A stretch of 28,274 nucleotides of DNA from Campylobacterota bacterium (GCA_034661055.1 JAYEKO010000092.1:1-28274), one strand, 5' to 3'. Positions 9,028 through 18,283 are shown, numbered from the stretch's first letter. Notes: generated by a model not told the origin, from the sequence alone. Made by a program: numbers and translations.

Positions 9028-9637
9028 AAGCCATATTCTTATTTCTCAAAATATACAAGAGAGTGTGCTTGAGTATCAAGAACTCTTAAAAGGTCATCGT
9101 GTTGTTCCTTTTGTGCAGGATGATTTTAAAGTTGAAGACTCCAGAGCGGTTATTGCTGAGGCCTATATTAGCGAAGATAAGACAAAATATATTATATTAG
9201 CAGCTAAAAGTTTTAATAATGTCTCACAAAATGCACTTTTAAAAGCGCTCGAGGAGCCTCCTAGAAATATTGAGTTCATCTTAATATCTCCATCAAAATC
9301 AATTTTTTTACCCACAATACGTTCTCGTCTTCCTATGAAAATAAAGCAGTCGCAAAAAACTATTATTAATGTAGACATCAACCTAAATAAATTAGATTTA
9401 GCCCATCTTTTTAACTTTGTTAAAGCACATGAGCGGACTAAAAAACATGATGCCAAGCTTCTTATTGAAGCTCTCTACTTTCAAGGAAGTGTTAATGAGT
9501 CAATAATGTTTAATCAAGTTCAGCTAAATGCTTTTGAGACGGCATACCGGTTAATTGATCTTAATGGTCGTTTCAATGTTGTTTTAACGATGTTGTTAAT
9601 GACATTTTTACCAAAGAGAGACAATGTTAATTACTAA
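9014..9637 (+). CDS. holB: DNA polymerase III delta' subunit (short Campylobacterota form)
   Basis: QNALLKALEEPP and LPTIRSRL motifs. The start was moved to ATG 9014 to reduce overlap with hobA. Confidence 0.88.
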   Translation: MSSLKSHILISQNIQESVLEYQELLKGHRVVPFVQDDFKVEDSRAVIAEAYISEDKTKYIILAAKSFNNVSQNALLKALEEPPRNIEFILISPSKSIFLPTIRSRLPMKIKQSQKTIINVDINLNKLDLAHLFNFVKAHERTKKHDAKLLIEALYFQGSVNESIMFNQVQLNAFETAYRLIDLNGRFNVVLTMLLMTFLPKRDNVNY

Positions 9638-10766
9638 ATTATCTGCTCAACAGGATATGAAGTCATATTTAAAAGAGTTGGGTGTCGATGGCGGTGGTAT
9701 CTCTATTTTAGCGTCAAAATCAAAAACACATCTTTTTAAAATAGAGAATTTACATGTAGGTGCTGCCAATATTTTAAAGCAAGATGCCCTCTCAATAGGG
9801 GCAGATTTAGCGGTACCTAAAGGAACAGTTCTAGCTCAAGATTTACATGTAAACGCACTTTTAATCGCAACAACTAAACAGCTTAAACTGCTTAGTAAAA
9901 AAGAGTTGGCACAACCTTTTGGACTAAAAATTTTGGCACAAGAGTTGCAGTCGCATATAAAAGCACACACTCCAAAATCGCCTAAAATAATGGGTGTTAT
10001 TAATGCTAATGAAGACAGCTTTTATGATGGGAGCCGTTTTATTGGAACTCATGCTATAGAGAAGATTATTGCTATGATTGAAGAGGGTGCTAGAATTATT
10101 GATGTAGGAGCACTCTCTTCTCGCCCCGGAAGTACTCCTATTTCACAAAGTGAAGAGTTAGAGCGAATTAAACTCATAATTGATGCAGTAGCAAGTGAAA
10201 AATTATATGCTAAAGTCGATTTCAGTGTCGATAGTTATGTTCCAAAAGTCATTGACTATGCACTTAGCAGTGGCTTTAAAATTGTAAATGACATAACTGG
10301 CTTAGAAGATGATGAGGTGTGTCGTCTAACTGCCTCGTATGATGCAACAGCAGTGATTATGCATATGCAAGGGACACCAACTACTATGCAGAGTAGTCCT
10401 ACTTATGAAAATGTTGTTGCTGAGGTGAGTGATTTTTTTGAGCAGCGTCTGCAAAAAGCAGAAGCTTTTGGAATTAACAAGATAGTTTTAGATGTGGGAA
10501 TCGGGTTTGGAAAAACCTTAGAGCATAATTTAGAGCTTATCGCTTCATTGGAGCATTTTTTGAAATTTCAACAGCCACTTCTTATTGGTGCGAGTCGTAA
10601 GTCAATGATTAATGAAATTGTTGCATCATCAGTAGAAAATCGTTTGAGCGGAACGCTTGCTGTTCATCTTAAAGCTCTTGAAAATGGTGCAGAGATTTTA
10701 CGAGTTCATGATGTTAAAGAGCATGTCCAAGCTGTAAAAGTTTATGAAGCAATTCAAAGTTTTTAA
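9624..10766 (+). CDS. folP: Dihydropteroate synthase with N-terminal extension
   Basis: IMGVINANEDSFYDG, SSRPG, LDVGIGFGK, GASRKS and LRVHDV motifs. Confidence 0.95.
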   Translation: MLITKLSAQQDMKSYLKELGVDGGGISILASKSKTHLFKIENLHVGAANILKQDALSIGADLAVPKGTVLAQDLHVNALLIATTKQLKLLSKKELAQPFGLKILAQELQSHIKAHTPKSPKIMGVINANEDSFYDGSRFIGTHAIEKIIAMIEEGARIIDVGALSSRPGSTPISQSEELERIKLIIDAVASEKLYAKVDFSVDSYVPKVIDYALSSGFKIVNDITGLEDDEVCRLTASYDATAVIMHMQGTPTTMQSSPTYENVVAEVSDFFEQRLQKAEAFGINKIVLDVGIGFGKTLEHNLELIASLEHFLKFQQPLLIGASRKSMINEIVASSVENRLSGTLAVHLKALENGAEILRVHDVKEHVQAVKVYEAIQSF

Positions 10767-10836
10767 ATTCTTTAGTAATAAAATATTGACAACTGCTATA
10801 TAATCAAAAATCCTCTATACTCATTTAAGATACTAT

Positions 10837-10881
10837 CTGTAATAATTCTGTAACCAAACTGTATTTCATAAGAAATATAAT
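10837..10881 (+). promoter_or_regulatory. Pho-box-like triple 11-bp direct repeat plus -10 element
   Basis: CTGTAAT (10837), CTGTAAC (10848) and CTGTATT (10859) at exact 11-nt spacing, then TATAAT at 10876-10881, upstream of a phosphate transporter. Confidence 0.65.
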
Positions 10882-10908
10882 TATGATTATAAATAAAAGG
10901 CTGTAATT

Positions 10909-12537
10909 TTGGAAATCCAGACAATTAAAAAAATGGAAAAAGAGGCAATTAAAGGTAGCGGACTTGACTTCAGACGCTTAGGTTTTGCACTGTTTTTTAT
11001 GGTGAGTGTACTTGTATATAGCTCTGTAAGCAGTGGTGGTATTGCAAACAGCATGTTTTTAGCTATTGCAGCACTTTTTGGCGCTTATATGGCGATGAAT
11101 ATTGGTGCTAATGATGTTGCTAACAATGTTGGGCCGGCAGTTGGCTCTAAGGCACTTACTATGGGTGGTGCTATTGTTATTGCAGCAATTTTTGAAGCAG
11201 CTGGTGCACTCATTGCTGGTGGTGATGTTGTAAAGACCATTAAAAAAGGTATTATTGATATTTCTGCATTTGGTGGTAATGTTGATCCGTTTATCTGGGC
11301 GATGATGGCAGCACTGTTAGCTGCAGCACTCTGGCTTAACTTTGCTACAATGATGAAAGCTCCTGTTTCCACAACACACTCCATAGTCGGTGGTGTTATG
11401 GGTGCAGGTATTGCAGCAGCAGGTTTTAGCATTGTTGCATGGGGGACTATGGGTAAGATTGCAGCTTCATGGATTATTTCACCAGTTCTTGGTGGTGTTA
11501 TTGCTGCAATTTTTCTCTATTCAATTAAAAAAAGTATTGTCTTTCGAGAAGATAAGATTAATGCTGCAAAGAAGTGGGTTCCTGTTTTTGTGGCTATTAT
11601 GTCGTGGGCATTTATTACCTATTTGACACTTAAAGGACTTAAAAAAGTCTGGCCACATATTGTAGATATTTTAGTATTTTTACCTGACACAAAAAAGCCT
11701 ACCTTCTTGGTTGCCGCAATTTTTGGGCTAGTTGTAGCCCTTGTGGTTTATGTTTTAGTTAAATCACTTGTAAAAAGTAAAGACAATATAGAAAACACTA
11801 GAGCTGGTGTCAATGCACTTTTTACAATACCTCTTATTTTTGCAGCGGCACTACTTAGTTTTGCACATGGTGCTAATGATGTTGCTAACGCTATTGGACC
11901 ATTGGCTGCTATTAGTGATGCAGTTACTAGTGGTGGTATCTCAACTAAAGCTGAAATTCCACTGTGGGTTATGGCTGTAGGAGCAATTGGGATTAGTGTT
12001 GGTTTAGCACTCTATGGTCCTAAGCTTATTAAAACTGTTGGCTCTGAGATTACTGAACTTGATCAAATGCGCGCTTTTTCGGTTGCTATGGCAGCTGCAA
12101 TTACCGTTATTATTGCATCACAGCTAGGACTTCCTGTAAGTTCAACACACATTGCTGTGGGCGGTGTATTTGGAGTTGGATTTTTAAGAGAGTGGATGGA
12201 CTCTAGTAGTGTTTCCAATGAGATTCAAGAAGAGCGTGAGTTAGTTGCTGATGAGAAAAAGACACTAAAAGCTTTTAAAGCCGAGCTCGCTTCAGTAGAA
12301 GAAAAAGATGGAAAAAATCAGCAAGACTATGAGCGAATTGTTGAGCTTTATAAACTTATTGATGATGAAGAAGAAGCTCTGAAACTTGCAAAAAAACAGC
12401 TTAAAAGTTCTGAAAAAGTTAAGTATGTTAAACGTGATGCAGTGAAAAAGATTATTGCTGCTTGGGTTATTACCGTTCCTGCTGCTGCGTTACTTTCTGC
12501 TCTGATTTTCTTTATTATTAAGGGGATGATGGTTTAA
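10909..12537 (+). CDS. Inorganic phosphate transporter, PiT family
   Basis: Two GANDVAN signatures and PVSTTH/PVSSTH motifs. TTG start. Confidence 0.95.
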   Translation: MEIQTIKKMEKEAIKGSGLDFRRLGFALFFMVSVLVYSSVSSGGIANSMFLAIAALFGAYMAMNIGANDVANNVGPAVGSKALTMGGAIVIAAIFEAAGALIAGGDVVKTIKKGIIDISAFGGNVDPFIWAMMAALLAAALWLNFATMMKAPVSTTHSIVGGVMGAGIAAAGFSIVAWGTMGKIAASWIISPVLGGVIAAIFLYSIKKSIVFREDKINAAKKWVPVFVAIMSWAFITYLTLKGLKKVWPHIVDILVFLPDTKKPTFLVAAIFGLVVALVVYVLVKSLVKSKDNIENTRAGVNALFTIPLIFAAALLSFAHGANDVANAIGPLAAISDAVTSGGISTKAEIPLWVMAVGAIGISVGLALYGPKLIKTVGSEITELDQMRAFSVAMAAAITVIIASQLGLPVSSTHIAVGGVFGVGFLREWMDSSSVSNEIQEERELVADEKKTLKAFKAELASVEEKDGKNQQDYERIVELYKLIDDEEEALKLAKKQLKSSEKVKYVKRDAVKKIIAAWVITVPAAALLSALIFFIIKGMMV

Positions 12538-12550
12538 GATTTTCCCCTCT

Positions 12551-12576
12551 TGTTCCCACGCTCTAGCTTGGGAGCA
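12551..12576. repeat. GC-rich imperfect palindrome between convergent genes (REP-like element or bidirectional terminator)
   Basis: TGTTCCCA-cGC-tcta-GCt-TGGGAGCA hairpin. Confidence 0.55.
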
Positions 12577-12585
12577 CAGAAATTC

Positions 12586-13140
12586 TTATTTCAAATATGC
12601 TTTAATGATACGCTGCTCTTGAACCGGTCTATCTCCCGGCTTACTGGTTTTTGTATTATTAAGCTTATTGACTGTTGCATCTCCGCTTATGACTTCACCA
12701 AAAATTGTATGACGACCATTGAGCCAAGGTGTTGGCGCTGTAGTAATAAAAAATTGACTTCCATTGGTATGGGGACCACGATTTGCCATCGCTAGTATTC
12801 CAGGTTTATTAAATGTATTTCCTGGTTTAAACTCATCAGCAAAATCTTTTTTCCAGATTGACTGACCTCCACGACCGGTTCCTGTTGGATCACCACCTTG
12901 TATCATAAAGTCTTTAATAATTCTGTGAAAAATAAGACCGTTATAGTAACCATTTTTTACATGGGTGGTAAAGTTCTCGACAGCTTTAGGAGCAATATCA
13001 CTAAAGAGTTTGAACTCTATAGTCCCTTGGGTTGTCTCAAAAACTACATGTGGCGTAGCTATTTTATTAGGTTTGGCTTTTACTGCTTGAGTAGCTTGTA
13101 AAAATGAGAGAGTCATTAGTAGTGTAAAAAATATTTTCAT
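12586..13140 (-). CDS. Cyclophilin-type peptidyl-prolyl isomerase with signal peptide
   Basis: FHRIIKDFMIQGGDPTGTG, AMANRGP.TNGSQFFI and HTIFG motifs. The true start MKIFF at 13140 follows an AAGGA RBS. Confidence 0.93.
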   Translation of the reverse strand: MKIFFTLLMTLSFLQATQAVKAKPNKIATPHVVFETTQGTIEFKLFSDIAPKAVENFTTHVKNGYYNGLIFHRIIKDFMIQGGDPTGTGRGGQSIWKKDFADEFKPGNTFNKPGILAMANRGPHTNGSQFFITTAPTPWLNGRHTIFGEVISGDATVNKLNNTKTSKPGDRPVQEQRIIKAYLK

Positions 13141-13156
13141 TGGATTCCTTTGTATG

Positions 13157-13549
13157 TTAATTAGGTGTAAAGTTAAGGCATACTGAGTTAATACAGTAGC
13201 GCAGACCGGTTGGGGCAGGGCCATCAGGAAAAACATGTCCTAAGTGAGCCTCGCAGCGATTGCAGAGTACTTCAACACGAGTCATACCATGAGTGCTATC
13301 ACGTCGCTCTTGTATAGCGTCATCGTCAATACTCTCATAAAAACTTGGCCATCCTGTTCCTGAGTCAAATTTAGTGTCAGATTCAAAAAGAGGAAGACCA
13401 CAACATTTACATGTATATTTTCCCTCAGCCTTGTAGTCATAATACTCACCACTAAAAGGAGCTTCAGTCCCATGTTTGCGTGCTACTTGAAACTCATTTG
13501 GCGTGAGAAGTTTTTTCCACTCCTCACTACTTTTTACTATCTTATTCAA
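13157..13549 (-). CDS. msrB: Peptide-methionine (R)-S-oxide reductase
   Basis: [29 protein letters not shown] and RYCINS motifs, with two CxxC. Confidence 0.96.
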   Translation of the reverse strand: MNKIVKSSEEWKKLLTPNEFQVARKHGTEAPFSGEYYDYKAEGKYTCKCCGLPLFESDTKFDSGTGWPSFYESIDDDAIQERRDSTHGMTRVEVLCNRCEAHLGHVFPDGPAPTGLRYCINSVCLNFTPN

Positions 13550-15101
13550 AAAATTCCTTTATTTCTAAATTAATATCATGAAAATCTTCATCATTAAAAA
13601 TTACATGTATATTTTTTTTTGCACGACCAAGTGCATAACAAAATTTCATAGTATCTTCAGGATTGATTCCAGAAAGTATGACATAATTTTGTTGTAGTGA
13701 TGCTATTTCATCATATTGGGCAATTAAATGGGTGTCAAAAGCTTGATTTACAAGGCTTTGAGAACCATCAAAAAGTGAAATTTCTTCTTCCACATAGTCA
13801 TGCATTTCATCAAATAGAGCGTGTGAAAATGATTTGTTAGGGGTAATAATAAGAGACTTCTCATCCGCTTCTCTATTTTTTAATATCTTTTTAAACGCTA
13901 AAATTGTCTCCATATAGATGTTACCCTCTGAAAACTTTATATTAGAGATGTTTTTATAGCTATCATGACTCTTTAAGTCTTTTTTGCATAACTCAAGTGT
14001 GCTCTGTGTAACACGGTAGCTTTTAGAGAGCGTAGTGCTATTTCCTTTAGCTTTGTCCGTATCTGCAGAGACAAAGTGAAGTGTGGAGCCTTTTTGTATG
14101 TGCATAAGATAGAATATGAACTCATCTGAGAGTAGTTCAATATCATCACAGATAATGACATCAGCTATGTTGAATTTTTTCTTCATCATTTTAGGTGTAA
14201 TTTCAATGGGTTCAAGCGGTTTTTTATAGAGTGCTTGAGCATGTTGTGTTAAGAGCTCTTTGGGAGTGATAATGTCTATAGTGCTAATATCAACATCAAC
14301 AATTGCATGCTCAATGGCAGCAAGAAGTCGATGCTTCATAATCTCACACGCTGTGTGTGTCGGTTCAATAATAAGGAATCTCTTTTTTGGAGTCTCTATT
14401 TTTTGAATTAAAACTTTTAAAAGCATAAGCGTACTTCTACCAGAGCCATAGGGTCCAATAAGAGTGCTGATGTCTGAGAATTCAGTGTCTATATAGTTTT
14501 TCTGTTCTTCATTTACAACAGCGTGCTCTATATGCTCATTATCACTTAAGAGCGTGTACTGCATGAATAGAGTTGAAATGATGGATGTTGTCGTAATGTT
14601 AAGCGAATCAACAAATGCAGTTTCTAGCTTATCTCTTAGGGAGTCTAAGGTCTCATCATTAAAAAGTACACGCGATTTTGGAATTAGCTGATGAAATGAC
14701 TCATCAAGTAGATCAAACTCTTCTTGCTTTAGGTCATTAAAGAGAATAAAGCCTTTGGTAATATTGAGGTCTTTGTGTAAAACTTCATTAAACTTTTGAT
14801 TTATCACATGCAAAGGAGAATCAAATACAACACTGCTGGACTTTTTTGAAGAGGGGAGTCTTGAAGAGACAGTAGCATCTTTTATGGTGTCAAACTCCCA
14901 ATCAATATCTTCAAATAAAACAATACCTCTGTTGGGTAAAATCATAAGAGATGCCACATCAACTGTTTTTTGGTGATGATATATTTTTGGATTCTCATAA
15001 AGTATGACATCACAAGACGCTACATACTCTTTAACAAGCACCATTAAAGAAGTATCAGTAGAACGTTGGTGAGTTTTTTTCTTAAATAGAGAAAAGGCCA
15101 T
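13542..15101 (-). CDS. Degenerate superfamily-1 (UvrD-like) helicase-fold protein
   Basis: Walker A-like GPYGSGRS, Walker B-like IICDD, LSKSYR motif and C-terminal YALGRAKK (motif VI-like). Confidence 0.55.
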   Translation of the reverse strand: MAFSLFKKKTHQRSTDTSLMVLVKEYVASCDVILYENPKIYHHQKTVDVASLMILPNRGIVLFEDIDWEFDTIKDATVSSRLPSSKKSSSVVFDSPLHVINQKFNEVLHKDLNITKGFILFNDLKQEEFDLLDESFHQLIPKSRVLFNDETLDSLRDKLETAFVDSLNITTTSIISTLFMQYTLLSDNEHIEHAVVNEEQKNYIDTEFSDISTLIGPYGSGRSTLMLLKVLIQKIETPKKRFLIIEPTHTACEIMKHRLLAAIEHAIVDVDISTIDIITPKELLTQHAQALYKKPLEPIEITPKMMKKKFNIADVIICDDIELLSDEFIFYLMHIQKGSTLHFVSADTDKAKGNSTTLSKSYRVTQSTLELCKKDLKSHDSYKNISNIKFSEGNIYMETILAFKKILKNREADEKSLIITPNKSFSHALFDEMHDYVEEEISLFDGSQSLVNQAFDTHLIAQYDEIASLQQNYVILSGINPEDTMKFCYALGRAKKNIHVIFNDEDFHDINLEIKEFFE

Positions 15102-15207
15102 TAATAGATACTCCGCATCAAGTAATTTTATAGATTATAACAAAAATATTATTAGAGGTGCTCATAATAAGTTTTTAAGTGGGAAAAAGTTTTATAAGAA
15201 TTAAGTA

Positions 15208-15231
15208 GGAAAAAGCACCAAGAAGGTGCTT
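15208..15231 (-). terminator. Rho-independent terminator of the HU gene
   Basis: On the minus strand, AAGCACC-ttctt-GGTGCTT followed by a T tract, 13 nt after the stop. Confidence 0.8.
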
Positions 15232-15244
15232 AGGGAGTCGTTAA

Positions 15245-15529
15245 TTATTTACCAGCAGCAACACGGTCTTTTAGACCTTTACCAGCTTTGAACTTAGGAA
15301 CCATTTTATCTTGAGTAGTATAAGTTTTATTAGTACCTGGAACTTTACCACTTTTACCTTTTTGTAGTGCAGATGCAAAACTACCAAATCCTACTAAAGA
15401 TACGTCTTCTTTAGCAACTAGTGCCTCTGTTACAGCTTCAGTAAATGCTTTGATAGCTGCTTCAGCTTCAACTTTAGTTTTGTAATCACCATTTTTTTGT
15501 ACTAACTCTACAAATTGTGCTTTATTCAT
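15245..15529 (-). CDS. hup: Histone-like DNA-binding protein HU
   Basis: MNKAQFVE...VGFGSF...PKFKAGKGLKD, 94 aa from ATG 15529. Confidence 0.95.
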   Translation of the reverse strand: MNKAQFVELVQKNGDYKTKVEAEAAIKAFTEAVTEALVAKEDVSLVGFGSFASALQKGKSGKVPGTNKTYTTQDKMVPKFKAGKGLKDRVAAGK

Positions 15530-15618
15530 GAATGCCCTTTTGAAATTATGCTGACTCATCTACACTAAATCGTTTAAAAACGTTATGGCAGATAATGCTG
15601 TGCATACTTTATACTTTC

Positions 15619-15870
15619 TTAGCTTAAATTTTTCTTCTTTTTGCTGTTTTTATGCGTAATATGGGCAAATTGGAGTAATTTCACACTATTTTTTAATTTT
15701 TTAAAGATTGAGACAGATTTGTAATATTTTCGAATTTTATGCTGTTTTTCTGCAATACTATTTTTTAGAGTTTTATAAAATGGTATCTCTGTGTGTCTGC
15801 TGCTGTTGTTAGAGATAGACAAAAAAACATCTTCTAGACCTAATCTTTCTTGTTCTGTTAAACTACTCAA
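15619..15870 (-). CDS. Small basic hypothetical protein
   Basis: 83-aa ORF with an ATGA overlap with the upstream HTH gene. No recognised domain. Confidence 0.5.
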   Translation of the reverse strand: MSSLTEQERLGLEDVFLSISNNSSRHTEIPFYKTLKNSIAEKQHKIRKYYKSVSIFKKLKNSVKLLQFAHITHKNSKKKKNLS

Positions 15871-16112
15871 CTTGTTGTCCCTACCTTATTGATTTTTTTA
15901 ACGACTCTTACAATATCTTCATCTTCAAGACGCCCAAGCATCTGTATTACTGCTTTAGCAGCTTGTGGTTTTGCATTGCCTAGTTTCCAGTCTTGATAGG
16001 TTCTCATCGAGAGGCCAAGTGATGTAGCCATCTCTTTTTGCGAGATTTTTTTACCATTGTTCTGAGCTTCCACGGCATTGTGAAGGATGTTGAAAAGGTC
16101 GCTTAATTCCAT
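15867..16112 (-). CDS. XRE/Cro-family helix-turn-helix protein
   Basis: ISQKEMATSLGLSMRTYQDWKLGNAKP HTH motif. Confidence 0.85.
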   Translation of the reverse strand: MELSDLFNILHNAVEAQNNGKKISQKEMATSLGLSMRTYQDWKLGNAKPQAAKAVIQMLGRLEDEDIVRVVKKINKVGTTS

Positions 16113-16407
16113 TACTTAAGAATACAGAATAGTTCCTTAAAATAAGCATAAAATCGTATAAAATATACAAATAATGTAGTTTTTATTACTATATTTTACA
16201 TATTATATTGTATATAAGTTATATAATATACTAAATAAGTAATATTATATTATTATTAACGAATATAAAATACGGAAAACCGTATATTATTTATAGCAAA
16301 AATAGTTTTAGAGGTGCCATTTATGTTCCACTACTTATGTCATCTATTGTGCTTGGGTATGTACCAAGCAAAAGCTTGGTATAAAAGGAAGTAGGAAAGG
16401 TTAGTGC

Positions 16408-17091
16408 TTATTTGTTGTGTTGAAGTAGATCGGAGTAGTCAAAGCGGTTAAAATCGAGATAAAATTCACCGTTTTGCTGTACAACTCGGCTGTCGTTGCC
16501 GTATGCAGCTGCAAAACGTTTCTTAATAACCTTGCGTTCATTTGAGTTTAGATCAAGTGACTTAAGGTATTTCTTTAACTCAACAAAGCCATCTTGAGAT
16601 ATATCCCCTTTACTGTCAATATCAACATCGACATCATGAATAGTATTGTTTTGAGATAACATCAGCTTCGTGTTTACTAGATTTAAAATATTTTTTAACT
16701 GCTCATCTTTATTGCTGTAGATCTGTTCAATTCTATCTCGCTCACCTATAAGCATCTGCTCTTTATCATCAATGAGTTTATCAATCTTGCTCTCTAGCTC
16801 TTTAATTCGGTTTTTTAGATGTTGGTTCTCACGCTGATATAGGGCAATGATAGTACCAACAGTTGTCTTTGGTTTCTCAGTAGTATCTACTTTTTGTTTC
16901 TGAGACTGCTTAGCTTTTTTCTCATCATGAAGTTCACGGCGTTTATCACTCTCTAAAGAGCTACGAGGTACTATAATGTAAGTGATGCCTTCTTCAATAA
17001 TGTAGTTAAGTCGTCTGTTTTTTAATTTGGAATGAACCATCTCTTTCGACATTTTAAAGTGTTTTGAGTAGTCATCTACGGTTAAACGCAT
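16408..17091 (-). CDS. Hypothetical protein, N-terminal HTH-like region plus coiled coil (DUF3972-like architecture)
   Basis: LTVDDYSKHFKMSKEMVHSKLK...YIIEEG N-terminus, central heptad coiled coil, and an AAGGA RBS. Confidence 0.65.
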   Translation of the reverse strand: MRLTVDDYSKHFKMSKEMVHSKLKNRRLNYIIEEGITYIIVPRSSLESDKRRELHDEKKAKQSQKQKVDTTEKPKTTVGTIIALYQRENQHLKNRIKELESKIDKLIDDKEQMLIGERDRIEQIYSNKDEQLKNILNLVNTKLMLSQNNTIHDVDVDIDSKGDISQDGFVELKKYLKSLDLNSNERKVIKKRFAAAYGNDSRVVQQNGEFYLDFNRFDYSDLLQHNK

Positions 17092-17131
17092 AGTGTGTCC
17101 TTAAAGAATTAATGTGGTATTTTATCATATT

Positions 17132-17488
17132 TTAGAGTTTCTCTTTATGATGATCATATATTTTTTCAATGCTATCTTGATTTGGAAAATTGAGAGAGTG
17201 TTTGCCTAAAAGTTGATTAAGACGATTGGGATTGAATCTCCAAAATTTATCATGGTCAAAATCTTCATGCTCTTTCATTTTGGTGTAGAGTTCATTGTTG
17301 TTTAAATTGTGAGTACTGTTATAATGTTCAATAATAGTAGCCAGCATTATGGTGTTTAGTTTTACATCTGCCTCATCGGTTCTGTCATCATCCTCAAGTG
17401 GTTTATTAGGTAAAAATGCATACATTTTCCAGCCTGAAAAAATAAGAGCCAAAATAAAAGCTATCATCATCCCTGTTTCAATATCCAT
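17132..17488 (-). CDS. Hypothetical membrane-anchored protein
   Basis: One N-terminal hydrophobic helix. AAGGAA RBS 6 nt before ATG 17488. Confidence 0.7.
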   Translation of the reverse strand: MDIETGMMIAFILALIFSGWKMYAFLPNKPLEDDDRTDEADVKLNTIMLATIIEHYNSTHNLNNNELYTKMKEHEDFDHDKFWRFNPNRLNQLLGKHSLNFPNQDSIEKIYDHHKEKL

Positions 17489-17575
17489 CAAGTTTTCCTT
17501 ATGTTAGGGTGTTTTTTAAGCCCTATGAATTTACATGTAAAAATTATAGCCAAAGATTCATGTATAATGACACAC

Positions 17576-18283
17576 ATGAAAGATAGAGTATTTGAAAAAG
17601 CCATAAAGAAGCAGTTTGAATTTGATGAGGATGTCGCAGCAGTTTTTGATGATATGCTTGAACGTTCTGTTCCATTTTACAGTGAAGCGATGACTTTAAG
17701 TCAGCAGATAGCAATTAATGCTTTAAAAGATGGAGGTGTTTTGTATGATTTAGGCTGCTCAACAGCAACACTGTTACTAAATATTGAACGAGCATTAAAT
17801 AGCGAAGTGACACTAATTGGAATTGACAACTCTAAGGCGATGCTCCAGCATGCTGCAAAAAAACTTGCTATCTATAATTCAGGTATAGCACTGCAAGAAG
17901 GTGATATTTTAGAGTATGCATATGAGCGTGCAGTTGTCATAATCAGTAACTATACCTTACAGTTTATTCGACCACTTCAACGTGAGAAATTAGTGCAGAA
18001 AATTGCTAACTCTTTAGAAGATGAGGGTATTTTTATTTTTAGTGAAAAAATTGTTAGTGAAGATAAAAAGCTCAATAAAGAGTTAATTGATATCTACTAT
18101 GAATTCAAAAAAGAGCAGGGCTATAGCATCTATGAGATTATGCAAAAACGTGAGGCTTTAGAAAATGTACTTATTCCCTACAGCGCAAAAGAGAATATTG
18201 AGATGTGCTGTAGCAATGGCTTTAAGCGTTGCGAGATGATTTTTAGATGGGCCAATTTTGCCACATTTGTAGCAAGAAAGTAG
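17576..18283 (+). CDS. cmoA: Carboxy-S-adenosyl-L-methionine synthase
   Basis: FEFDE.VA.VFDDM..RSVPFY, YDLGCST, NYTLQF and KREALENVL motifs. The likely start is MKDRVF. Confidence 0.92.
   Translation: MKDRVFEKAIKKQFEFDEDVAAVFDDMLERSVPFYSEAMTLSQQIAINALKDGGVLYDLGCSTATLLLNIERALNSEVTLIGIDNSKAMLQHAAKKLAIYNSGIALQEGDILEYAYERAVVIISNYTLQFIRPLQREKLVQKIANSLEDEGIFIFSEKIVSEDKKLNKELIDIYYEFKKEQGYSIYEIMQKREALENVLIPYSAKENIEMCCSNGFKRCEMIFRWANFATFVARK

Noticed and set aside
13141..13236. N-terminal extensions in the ORF track for cyclophilin, HU (15559), cmoA (17501), holB (8990) and the lipoprotein (18541)
   Set aside because: Downstream starts fit RBS or promoter positions and family N-termini better. The extensions overlap neighbouring genes or promoters.
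15290..15370. Non-canonical HU arm (QKGKSGKVPGT instead of R..R.GRNP.TG)
   Set aside because: This matches the Helicobacter-type HU variant, so it is lineage-typical rather than novel.
16113..16310. AT-rich region as oriC unwinding element or dif site
   Set aside because: No dnaA nearby, no clear DnaA boxes and no difH-like GAAAA...TTTTC core.
16309..16407. AGAGGTGC...GAAAGG resembling a lysine riboswitch (AGAGGTGC also near 15154)
   Set aside because: The remaining conserved elements (GCCGAA, CTGTC, long P2-P5 stems) are missing, and neither site precedes a lysine gene in the right orientation.
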